Assembly (NCBI RefSeq): GCF_006345805.1
Contig: NC_042997.1
Location: 36,642,001-36,706,000, forward strand
Direction: 5' to 3'
Source: Octopus sinensis
Taxonomy: Eukaryota
DNA length: 64,000 bases
The notes under the pieces were generated by a model. That model had not been told where the DNA came from, ran no database searches, and worked only from the letters and a program-made list of their open reading frames with translations. How positions within the stretch are numbered: the first letter of the stretch is position 1; each line of letters starts with the position of its first letter. Below, one piece after another: positions 26,831-38,951 of the stretch. The position numbers and the translations under genes are program-made.

Positions 26831-27222
26831 ACTAGCAGTGTCGCCCGGCGTTGCTCGGGTTTGTAAGGGAAATAACTATATAAGCATTTTTAGAGATGTA
26901 AAGTATAATAGCCATCTCAATATGGCTAACCAAAAAGGGGGTGGGTGTTACTGTAGCTTTTTACGTTCTGAGATTTAATAATAAATTTTTAAAGAGTTAC
27001 TTCCCTTATATATGCCAAAAATGCATTAAAAATGGGAAAAATTGATGGTAATTTTTTTAAATCGTAGACTCATCTTAGACGCGCGCTAATACCCAGAAGG
27101 GCTCGATATGAATCACGACTATAAGATACCCGGTTTTGGTTAAACTGCACCGCAAAATGTGGGAGTAATTAGGAATCTAAATCGTAGGAGACAGACAGCA
27201 CCCAACCTCTCTTTTATATATA
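26831..27222 (+). mobile_element. Non-autonomous Helentron/HINE-like element
   Basis: Same 5' end as the 17006 copy. 3' acagacagca...cttttatatata. Confidence 0.7.
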
Positions 27223-27769
27223 AAGGTGAATGAACTTACTCATTCTAAAGATGCGATATAGCTCTGCATTACGTGAAAGTAATGCAGAATTTGATTAATA
27301 TTTAATTCTATGCGTATCATATCATGTGATCAAATGATGAGCTTAAAATGGGCACGACTATGAAAGCCACCGTAATAATTGCCACTCAACAGTTGAGGGG
27401 GAAGGTAATATTCATCATCACGCCGAGTTTCGTTCATTTTTACACCCTTTAATTGGACGTTAAAATTGTGTTATACAAGCTAGTACTTCGTTAACATCTA
27501 TAAATGTATTCATATAAACTTAAGTGATGTACATGTTTCTATGGGAAATGATACTTGATAAGTATGTTTATGATGTATTAGTACTAGTATTATATTGTGA
27601 AGAGTTTATAAAACACAATTTTTTCCCTATATATATAAGCTTCTGACTTTTAGTGAATTGATGTGTTTATCTTCTCATCAACGTTCCTGCAAAAGCAATA
27701 ATCAATGTGCAATCTTTAATAGGCGTTAGTTCTGAAATGAGCCTTAATATGCCAAGAAAATAATAATAA

Positions 27770-27962
<193 letters not shown>

Positions 27963-29146
27963 AAGAATTGGCATGTATTAGGTTTTTCATTGAACAGGAC
28001 GTAGGTAAAGGGTTAATGTCTTTTTGAAGTAAATGCAAACATTTATTGAAGTTGGTGGGAGCAATGGCAGAATTTTTTTTTTTATATATCATGAACTCTG
28101 ACCATTACGAAGATATAAACTACAACTTTAGAAGAAAAAAAATCCGAAAAAAAAAAAGAAAATTAGCATACATGTATTGGTGATTTGTAAGAAACGTTTT
28201 CTAACGTCGTGATTTTCTGAGATTAAATGGATACTATTTTCAGTTTGATTTCACCTGTTTTTAACACCTTCCTATTTTACATTTATTTTTCGAAGTAGAC
28301 AAACATAGCCTCTAACTGTTTGACTTCACGCATACTTATTGGTGATTGATTAAATCTTGTAAGTATTTCACTGAGTACTTATATTAAGGTCAAACGAAAG
28401 TCAAGGTAGATTTAAATCTTGAAACTGTCAGGAAAAAAACCGATTCCGCATTTTATTGTTTTTATTTTTATTTTACTGATATACTTGGCTTTTATATATT
28501 ATAACTTTTAGATTAAACTCTCCATCTACTTGATAATAATCAAACTACAAACCATTACTTTCTTATCTTCCATTATATTTTCAGGAACTGAAGAATATTC
28601 CTTGGCTTAAGGAAACTCACCAACATTAAATACTTTTTTAGTTTCCTTTCTGTTTTTTTGTAGTACATTCTGAGGAAAGTTTTAGAATTTCATTGTTTAA
28701 ATTCTTCTAACCGAATAGCTTTATACTTCAGAGTAAGGGTTACGCTTTAATAACTGATATTGTCTGATAATTTCGTTGTTAGCAGATGTCTTATTAGTTC
28801 ACAATTTTCTGTAATCTTATTGCTAATGTATTACTTGCTAATCACATTTGGCTTATACTCTAAATATAAAGCTCATTACTGTATGTGTGTGAGTCTGTGT
28901 GTGTGGGTGTCTGTTTGTGTATGTGTGCCTATCCTGTATGTGTTTGTCTCTGTGAGTGTATATATATATATATATATATATATGTTCCGTGATGGTACGA
29001 TCAACGAAAAAGTAATGCCTAGTGAGAGTTAATTATTGGTTAATGAATACAATATATATACTTTTATGGTTTTATGAGGTTTTTGTAGTTTCATGCAGTG
29101 ATGACATTCTAAAACGTGCTGTATGTGATGTTTATATAAAAAAAAG

Positions 29147-29340
29147 ACCCCCTTCGGTCATGAATGACCATGGGATTGCACCTAGAAAGTTACCCTCCTA
29201 GACACAAGTCCGGGCAAGGTTGTTTATGGAAGACCAGCAGTCGCCCATGCATACCAGCCTCCCCTCTCCACACCACCAGTGTTATCCAATGGAAAGAGAA
29301 AGGTCGATACAGCTTGGCACCAGTGACGTCGCAACTCATT
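29147..29340 (-). mobile_element. SINE family 4, 3' portion
   Basis: Shares gagttgcgacgtcactggtgccaagctg and cccatggtcattcatgacc with 36192-36457. Confidence 0.8.
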
Positions 29341-29399
29341 TGATGTTTATATATATATATTATATATATATACGTAAGGTATTTATATAAGCTCAAAGC

Positions 29400-29985
29400 C
29401 TATGGTGGTCACCGTGCAATGACTAAGGAATATAGCGTGATAAAGGGGCCTATAAGCCCTTGACAGACAAAAGAAGGTTCTCTTATCCACGTGAGACATG
29501 CACTCACAGCCCTTTGTTAACGCGACTAAGTGTCTTACCTTTACACCAGCGAATTAGTCTCCCTGTTTTTTTCACATTTAAGAACTGTATTGGTTCGCAT
29601 CTGTTTTATATAAACAAACTTCCTATACGCTTTCGGTGCGAATTGTTTCGTTATATGGTGTCGTGTTTTATAATCCTGTAAAAAATAATAAAGATATTTC
29701 TATAAGATTAAAGGTTATAATGATCACCGTGCAATGACTAAGGAAAATAGACTAATAAAGGGGCATATAAGCCCTGACAGAAAAAAGGAAGCTTTTCTAT
29801 CTGCATAGGATAGGAAATTGTTTTCCCAGTCGAGGGCTCATATGCCCCTTTATTACACTATTTTCCTCAGTCTTTGCAAGCTGATCGTCATAAGATTTAA
29901 TCTTATATAATTACCATTATCATTATTTACATGATATTTACACGACACCGTATAACAATAGCATTCTCACCGTAAGAATATATAT
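29400..29985. repeat. Fold-back (MITE-like) element with an additional direct copy of one arm segment
   Basis: tcaccgtgcaatgactaagga... at about 29410 and 29723. 29624-29775 is inverted relative to 29832-29985. Confidence 0.75.
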
Positions 29986-30005
29986 CATATATATATATAT
30001 ATATA

Positions 30006-31125
30006 TACTAGCTGGTGTATCCAATAAATCCCGGGGGGTAAAGATGTTATTTTGAAACGCCTTATTACTCTGATATAAGAAAACAATTTCGTTATAACTG
30101 CCTCAAAAGTACAAAAAACTGTCAGCTGGAGGAGGGAGAGACGGCTGGAGGCTGGCGAGAGATGTTTTCAGAGGTTGGCGAGAAAGATTGTTGGAGGCTG
30201 GTGAGAGATGTAGGTTAGCGAGAAGCAAATTCATTATTCTGCTTAGCGAAAGCATCTGGGGAAAGTACAACTGCTGACATTCACAGGCAAAATGCTGTTG
30301 AAGTGTTATGTAAAATTTCGCAATCGAGGACCGAATCCACGCTGTGCCTGCTTGAATCCACTACAAATGCTTACAAAATACAAAATTTAGTGACTGTCAT
30401 AGAAAAAGTGTAACTGTAAAAACGCAGAATTATCGGAGTTATGGGCATTCAAAAAAGTATGTATGTATAGAAATGTATGAATGAAGTATTCAATGTTTAA
30501 GATTCAAATTAAGGAAGTGCAATAATAATGTTTAGCAATTCAAAACTGTGAGTAGTGAAATGCAGAATTAGGTTGGCTGATCATGAAAATCAAATATTGA
30601 ACACTTCGCTAATGTCTGCTGATGGTATACGCTATTTCTCTTGGGTTGTTTAAATAAAATATTAGTAATTTGTAGTTGCTAGAAGGTCTATTGGAAGGGC
30701 CCTATTATCGATTTTTTCATTAGGTTTCCAGTCATGAGTTCTACTCACGTGTCAAATAAAGTATAAAAGTGATATTGTCTGCAAAATTTAGAAAGAGGAC
30801 ACATTAAAAATAAATATTCAAAGTAATCGAACATAAACAATGGAATGGGTTATTTCCCTACAATGTTAAAAAAAATATTGTACAGATGCTATGGATTATT
30901 TTGCCTTGGATGTTGTAAAAAATTACTTATATGAGTTAGATATAACGGTCCATTCCAGGGGAGATATTAAAGATTTTTTCAACAATCTAAGTATGTCACG
31001 TGGTTTCCACACATGGATTCTACCCACGTGTCAAGTTTCATGAAACTCAATAAAACGATGTAGGAGGAGTTAACTAACAACGCCACAAACAAACACACAC
31101 CAATTTCAATATATGTAGTAGATAA
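30006..31125 (+). mobile_element. Longer Helentron/HINE-like element
   Basis: 5' actagctgg...cccgggg after (TA)n. 3' gtcaagtttcatgaaac...ggaggagtt...acaaacaaac...tatatgtagtagat. Internal short ggaggctggcgagaga repeats. Confidence 0.55.
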
Positions 31126-31155
31126 TGGAATAATTATTATGGATCATTGTGTAGA

Positions 31156-31482
31156 ATATATTGTATAAAAAATCGTGGGTAAGGCCAAAACAATGCGAAA
31201 TAAATGCAAGGTATCACAAGAAAACAAATATGTGAATTAACGTACAGTTACCTTGTATTCAATATTTGTGGCTATGAACAATTTTCAACAAATTGACGAA
31301 TGTTGCCGAAGTGCACATGCACATTCAGCAACATTCGTTAATTTCTTGACAATGAGGTCATAACCCCGAAATATTGAATACAAAATAAGTGTTCATTAAT
31401 TCACATATTTGTTTCTTTGTGATTTACCTTCCATTAACTTTGCATTGTTTTGGCATTACCCACGATCCTTTAAACAATATAT
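31156..31482. repeat. Palindromic element, two ~160 bp inverted arms with almost no loop
   Basis: atcgtgggtaaggccaaaacaatgc / gcattgttttggcattacccacgat; tgtattcaatattt / aaatattgaataca; centre gtgcacatgcac at 31311-31322. Confidence 0.85.
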
Positions 31483-31499
31483 AAATATATATATATATA

Positions 31500-33227
31500 A
31501 TCAATATAGGGTGGCAAAATATTTCGTGAATTCTTTTGCCACCAGCGGCCGGTGGGAAAAAATTAAATAGTCATAGACCAGTTATAAATTCAACAGCAAC
31601 AATCAAGGAACGGCCATAATAGCCAATTCACCCACTAGAAATAACAGCCAAAGCTTCAACCGCAAAACAACATCAATTCCGCAAACCAGGAGAAAATTAA
31701 AAAAAACATTTACCCTGTAGTTCCTTATACATGCACCGTTTCATCTATTGTTTAATGGTAACTAACCTGATTAAATTAAATCAAGCTAGTCTTCCATAGG
31801 CCGATAGATTCGTCAGTAAAGAACAGCCAGATCGGAGCAGATATTTACAACGAGGCATCTTCTATCACTGTCTCGGCAATATCTGACCTAAAATTTTCAA
31901 ATCATCGCACTCGCGCCAAATTTATCGGCAGCAAATATAAGCCGCTGATTCCATTACGGAATTAACCAGAAAATTCATAATTAATCAATATAGGTGGCAA
32001 AAAAGTTCGTAGAATTCTTTAGCCACCAGCGGCCTAGTGGGAAAAAATTAAATAGTCAAGACCATTTATAAATTCAACAGCAACAATCAAGGAACGGCCA
32101 TAATAGGCCATTCACCCACTAGAAATAACAGCCAAAGCTTCAACCGAAAAACAACATCAATTCCGCAAACCAGGAGAAAATTAAAAAAAACATTTACTCT
32201 GTAGTTCCTTATACGATGCACCGTTTCATCTATTGTTTAATGGTAAACTAAGCTGATTAAATTAAATCAAGCTAGTCTTCCATAGGCTTCTATGACTATT
32301 TAATTTTTTGCCACTAGGCCGCTGGTGGCAAAAGAATTCTACGAAATTTTTTGCCACCCTATATTGATTAATTATGAATTTCTGGTTAATTCCGTAATGG
32401 AATCGGTGGCTTATTTTGCTGCCGATAAATTTGGCGCGAGTGCGATGATTTGAAAATTTTAGGTCAGATATTGCCGAGACAGTGATAGAAGTGCCTCGTG
32501 TAATATCTGCTCCGATCTGGCTGGTCTTTACTGACGAATCTATCAGCTATGGAAGACTAGCTTGATTTAATTTAATCAGGTTAGTTACCATTAAACAATA
32601 GATGAAACGAAACGGTGCATCGTATAAGGAACTACAGGGTAAATGTTTTTTTTAAATTTTCTCCTGGTTTGCGGAATTGATTTGTTTTGCGGTTGAAGCT
32701 TTGGCTGTTATTTTTAGTGGGTGAAGGCCTATTATGGCCGTTCTTGCTTGTGCTGTTGAATTTATAAATGGTCTATGACTATTTAATTTTTTCCCACTAG
32801 GCCGCTGGGCAAAGAATTCTACGAAATTTTTTGCCACCCTATATTGATTAATTATGAATTTTCTGGTTAATTCCGTAATGGAATCGCGGCTTATATTTGC
32901 TGCCGATAAATTTGGCGCGAGTGCGATGATTTGAAAATTTTAGGTCAGATATTGCCGAGACAGTGATAGAAGTGCTCGTGTAAATATCTGCTCCGATCTG
33001 GCTGTTCTTCACGGACGAATCTATCGGCCTATGGAAGACTAGCTTGATTTAATTTAATCAGGTTAGTTTACCATTAAACAATAGATGAAACGTGCATCGT
33101 ATAAGGAACTACAGGGTAATGTTTCTTTTAAATTTTCTCCTGGTTTGCGGAATTGGTGTTTTGCGGTTGAAGCTTTGGCTGTTATTTCTAGGGGTGAAGG
33201 CCATTATGGCCGTTCCTTGATTGTTGC

Positions 33228-33228
<1 letters not shown>
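31500..33228. repeat. Tandem array of a ~484 bp unit inverted in the middle (1.6 units forward, ~1.95 units reverse)
   Basis: atcaatatagg at 31500 and 31984; ctatgactatttaa at 32290 and 32773; (TA)n on both sides. Confidence 0.93.
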
Positions 33229-33265
<37 letters not shown>

Positions 33266-34707
33266 GTGTGTGTGTGGTGTGTTGGGTGTGGTGTGTGTGT
33301 AAACAATAATTAAGGTTTAGCAACAAGTTGCTTGACCGCATACCGAATATTTTAGAAATAGCAGCCAAAAGACTGCTATTTCTTTTTTTGTACAAAAATA
33401 CGTATCCACAGATAACAATATTTGTAACTCACAATGAAATCAAGCAGTCTCATACACACAAAAACACATATACGCATACACCCATAGCTATGCATAGAAG
33501 TTAGTGAGTTAGCCTGAACTTTGCCGCTTCAGATAACATTCCGCTGTGGGTTGGTTTTTATGTGTACCAATGTTAACAAAGTTAACTCGTTTCTCATTTT
33601 AGCAAAAGGCTGGCATTTTTTTTGTGTGTGATTAATTAGTTTCACTACATCGACCGCAGTTGTTAATCAGTGCTTATTTCTATCGATCCTGAAAGGAAGT
33701 ATGGTAAAGTCCACCCCAGCAACGTGTTAGGATTAGCCGGTTAAAACCATCCACATAATAATTGACTTAATAAACGATTGTAGCTATATATGAAACTCAA
33801 GCTAGATTACTCCCGTTTTTAGCCCTCTCTATTTCGAGTTTACTTTGAACTTTATAATTATTATAAATTTCATTATTAGTAATTTTAATTTAAATAATTT
33901 AACATTATGCTATATTCAGATTAGACGATTTGCAGAATCGATAGAACATCGGAATAAACATTATGTTGTATTAAGTAATCTTACTTTCATTCTCATTTTA
34001 TTTTACGCCGACGGGCAATTTGATTTTCATGAGGCATTGGTTTGATAAAGTATTCGTAAGCCGCTAAATCTGCTGTTGTGTGCCAATGCTCTCTTTCGAT
34101 ATTTTATATGTAGCTATTTCAAAATGCTAGAAAAATAAAGCAATTTGAACGTAGCTTTCGTAAGAAGAAAAATAAGGAAACGCTGGGGGCAGATTTGAAA
34201 TTGCGAAACTCGATGCAACTCCTCAGCACCTCATCTGCTCGAACATTTCTTGCATAAAGACACAAGAAATTAACCTGTATCACATTTAACCATAACTTCT
34301 CAGCATGAATTTAGAGCTTTCTATTATATTGATATTGATGTTATATCTATCGACGCCTTGTAATCTCATGTAGCCTCTATTTCCATACAAGTAAAAGAAA
34401 CAGCTAGACATTGATTTTTCAGTTCTTCTAAAAGTATAATTTATGGTAAATGATTTACATTGATTTTTTTTTAAATGATTGGATGATAATGAGTACAACA
34501 AAATTGAAATTTAATACTAATGGAAGTTATCTCACCACATTAGACGTATCTACAGAATAAATTAATACAACCATCTTCAGACTACTAATTGTGAACCATA
34601 TATCAGTGAAATGAACAATTATATAAACAGAAAACAAGATAGACTAGTTTGACTGTTATCGAACTGAATTTGACTGAATAAGAACTAGCAATACTTATTC
34701 AGACGTA

Positions 34708-34917
34708 ATATTGGTTTCAAATTTTGGCACAATGCCAGCAGTTGCGGGGGAGAAGTAAGTTAATTACATTGACTCCATTATTTAACTGGTACTTCATTTA
34801 TCGTCCTCGAAAGGAAGAACGGCAAATCGGCCTTGGCGGAATATGAACATAGTATGATGGACGAAATTCCGTTGAGCGTTTTACCTGGTGCGTGAACGAT
34901 TCTGCCAGCTCGTCGCC
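34708..34917 (-). mobile_element. SINE family 2 copy (left member of a head-to-head pair)
   Basis: Ends gattctgccagctcgtcgcc. Confidence 0.8.
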
Positions 34918-34943
34918 TTAAACTATATATTAAGTCTTGATAT

Positions 34944-35157
34944 GGCGGCGAGCTGGCGGAATCGTAAGCACAGCAGGCATGATACTTAGTGGCATTTCAT
35001 CCGTCTTCACGTTGTAAGTTCAAATACCACAGGGGACGACTTTGTCATCCTTTCGAGATAGATAAAATAATTACCAGCGGAACAGTGGGGTCGATGTAAT
35101 CGACTAACCCCGTTACCCCCGAAAATGCTTGTTTCGTGCCAAATTTTAGAACCAATA
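34944..35157 (+). mobile_element. SINE family 2 copy (right member of a head-to-head pair)
   Basis: Starts ggcggcgagctggcggaatcg. Confidence 0.8.
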
Positions 35158-36191
35158 TTAATATACATTCGGCATATTTCTAAGAAAAACCTGTTTTAAT
35201 CAAATTTACATTTATTAAGACTGTTGAATTCTACTGAAGTAATTGTGCGTTTCCTTTAAATATCAACAAAGGAACCTTTCATTTCTAGATAATTCAGATA
35301 TGGATTTCAATACGACAAGACAACTAAACTAATAAACAGTAAAATGTGGAATAGATAATCGAAGAATGTATGTGTTGCATAAACACTTATTTTAACATTA
35401 CTTGCGGTTCCAGAGTAATGTGGTTTACTACACGGTTTCATTGTAAACCTAGATGCATTACAAAATCTGATAGTTGTCTTAGAGTAGGAGCTTCTTCAAC
35501 TTCTACACAAACGAAAGGCCTTTAATTCTTATATGTAAAGACACAGATACACGCAACATGAGATAATTAACAGTTGATATTCTACAGGTTAGTTTACAGC
35601 TTTATAACAAGGAAAAACTCTTTTAATAATATGGACTACACTTGAAAATATAGATTGACTATACTTGATAATATAGTTTGAATAAATATGCTCTCAATGT
35701 TCTTCTTCATAGACCTGTGTGAAACAGGCAATTATTGCACATTTATATGCTGTCCTGCAAACTCCTCTAATTTCATAAATTTTACAACGTAAACAATCTC
35801 TCACTCAGTACCACGACATGTCTGTATGTAATATGTACGACATATGACATTTTGCTGCTAGAATACATTAATATATTCAGGATATTCTCCATACAAAAGA
35901 TCATGCACATGCACAAGGAAATGCACCTGCACAAGGAAATGAACTCACAGTTTTGTTTGTTTGTTTGTGCGTGAGTATGTGTGTGTGTGTGTGTGCATAA
36001 TCATGGGCACCTTTTCATTAAGACGTCTAATTAGAAATTTTGTTCTCTTGATGTTTTAATACATGACCTTAATAATTCTGTATGTATATGTAAATTTAAT
36101 AGCGAAATAGCTATACTCAAAGTTACTAGTCGAGGATTAATTCGAGATTTCGTCTACACGCTAGGATTTTTGTTATATTACATTGACTCCA

Positions 36192-36457
36192 GGACGTTGC
36201 ATGGCTCAGTGGTTAGAGCGTCAGATTCACAATCATGAGGTAGTGAGTTCGATTCCGGGACAGCGATGTATGTTAATTTCTTGCGTAAGACACTTTATTT
36301 CAAGTTGCTCCAGTTCACTCAGCTGTAGAAATGAGTTGCGACGTCACTGGTGCCAAGCTGCATCGGCATTTGCCTTTCCCTTGAATAACATTGGTAGCCT
36401 CGTGGTTGTGGGGGACATTCTAGGTGCAAACCCATGGTCATTCATGACCAACTGGAG
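36192..36457 (+). mobile_element. tRNA-derived SINE family 4
   Basis: A box tggctcagtggttagagcg, B box gttcgattcc. Confidence 0.8.
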
Positions 36458-37134
36458 TCATTACACTTGTACATTGATACACAGCAATCCAACAAGATTA
36501 TCTTACCCAGAAATTTTGGAAGTATCGCCATATACATTTTCTATAGTTCTTTCGGTTGAGTAATCCATGGCGACTATTTCAACGTCATCTAATGCTGTCA
36601 ACTACAATGCATACGGTGTCAAGCTACGAACTGACAAAAATTCTGCTCATAGTACTAAACTTTAACGAATCTCGATATTGCTAACAGAGCTTTACATAGC
36701 AATGTTGTTGAATTATTGACTTACGTTACTATAGAGTATAATTATGGAAAGAAAAGAACAAAATATTACGAATGGAATATTATGATGTCCATGCTTTTCA
36801 AAGTGAGATTAGTTAAGGGAATTAAAGTGAATTCGCTTCAGTGGACGACTATAAACCTATCGTAACATACACCAGAAATTCCGAAGTATTATTACCAGTA
36901 CACCCCCGACGCAAAACTAATATCCATAATGATTTCATTTGTACAGCTATAGAATTATTGTTGAAGGGGTTTGATATCGACAATCCGATAAACATTATTT
37001 CTCATCCCAATTATTCTAGAAACAATGTTGCATCTCATGGGATTTGAACTGGAATTGTCTTGGCTAAAATGTCTTAGTACAATATTGCTCACTTTTTCCA
37101 TATATTACGCATGTTACGTTATTCAATAATGCCT

Positions 37135-37340
37135 CCTACTAAAGGTACAAGGCCTGAAATTTGTTGGGAGGGGTTTAATCGATAATATCGACCCCAGTGT
37201 TTCACTCATACTCAATTTACTGACCTGTAAAGTGTGAAAGGCAAAGTTGACCCCGGAGTTATTCAAGCTCAGAACGTTAAGACGAAATATCGCTGAACAT
37301 TTCGCCCGGCTTGCTAACTATTCTGCCAGCTCACCGCCAT
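37135..37340 (-). mobile_element. SINE family 2 copy
   Basis: atcgaccccagtg ... catttcgcccggcttgctaactattctgccagctcaccgcc. Confidence 0.8.
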
Positions 37341-37389
37341 ATTTATCTTGTGTAATAAAATAACTACCATTTATACAAGCAGTCTAAAG

Positions 37390-37423
<34 letters not shown>

Positions 37424-37439
37424 GTGGAAGGTGCTTGTG

Positions 37440-37737
37440 TGAGTGTGCGTGGGGGGTGTACACACACTCAAACACTGTCGGTTACGACGACAAGCGTTCA
37501 AGTGGATCCGATCAACAGAAGTCATTCTTCGTGAAATCAACGTGCAAGTGGCTGAGCACTAGAGAGACATGCTTACTCTTAACCTAGTGTGTCAGAGAAA
37601 ATCAGCATGACATTGTTGAGTTGTCTGGAGAAACGTGAAATAAAGTGTCTTGCTCAAAGGCACAATGTGTATCCGGGAATCGAACTGATGACCTTTGGAT
37701 TGCGCGCAGAATACACTGCTCTTTAAACAACGCGCCT
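37440..37737 (-). mobile_element. tRNA-derived SINE with a family-4-like head
   Basis: gaaataaagtgtcttgctcaaagg...ccgggaatcgaac (reverse B box). Confidence 0.7.
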
Positions 37738-38908
37738 TCACACACACACACATGCACACACATATACACACACACATAAACAAACTCACTTTCACATACA
37801 CGCACGCATCCCTTCCTTTGCACCATACTGTCTAAACTCACTACCTAACTTCATCTGACACTAACCCGCATGGATTCCAACACCTACACACCTCCCACTT
37901 TTCAACTGCCCCGGTCCACCTCCACACAGGCACACTGCCTACCACAGTCGACTCACCACCGTACAAGCACCCATACACACTGTTGAATTCATTGCTCACT
38001 TCACGTACCATTACACACACACTCACAGCTACAAACACCTTCCCAATCCACACACATTACTACTGAACAATTCTCAGTACCCACACGACACACACATAAC
38101 CACACACATTTTCAATAGCGCCGCCACACCTTCTACTATACGAGTAGCCACATAATCTTTAATCAGTTTAGACACCACAAACTATGAAGCACACACCTAC
38201 ACCCACGCAAGCACATAATACCTGAACACAGAGAATATATACGCCCACAAACAACACTCATAAACACACGGAACTCGCATAGACAAAGATAACATTCGCC
38301 GATAAACATACGCTACACACATGCACACTGTTTCGTCACAGACACATGCGAACACACACGTTAGCTACACACGCACACACCTTAGCCTTAAACATAGACA
38401 CATGTCAGCCACACACACACGTTAGCCCCACACATATACACATGTCCATACGCATGCTCACACTTATGCACACGTGCACACACACACACTCGCCAGCACA
38501 TACGTATACACTCGCGCCCATTCACACATAGGCACTCACACACACTATTCTCAAATACACACACACAGGCTTGCTCACCTTAGTTCGTTGTGGGCACCGT
38601 TATCCTTATTATTATAATTATTACTATCTTTCTTTCATTCAGCCTTTTTTTTTTCCAGTCAATTCGCCATTTTGGCCCTTTGCACTCTACAAATTTTTTC
38701 TCTCTCCATATTTTTCATTCTCCCTCCATTTTTCCTTCATAATCCTTTCTATAGAAAAGCGTAGGCTCGAAGCGTAAAATACTTCTTCATTAGTGAGCCT
38801 TAAACTAATACGCCTGCTTGTTGTTTCTATACTAGCCTTTGTCTTTTCTTTTCTGTAAATTTGAACTATACACACACACTCACACACTCACACATACACA
38901 CACACACG

Positions 38909-38951
<43 letters not shown>

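Noticed and set aside
31790-31830. ctgacga in the 484 bp unit (minus strand) as a possible hammerhead
   Set aside because: Followed by gaag/agac rather than GAAA, and no stem III or stem I could be drawn.
31500-33228. CRISPR array, rDNA or histone repeat interpretation of the tandem units
   Set aside because: No short repeat-spacer pattern, and no rRNA or histone sequence recognised.
36841-37047. 68 aa ORF MDDYKPIV...
   Set aside because: No recognisable motif; length is compatible with chance.
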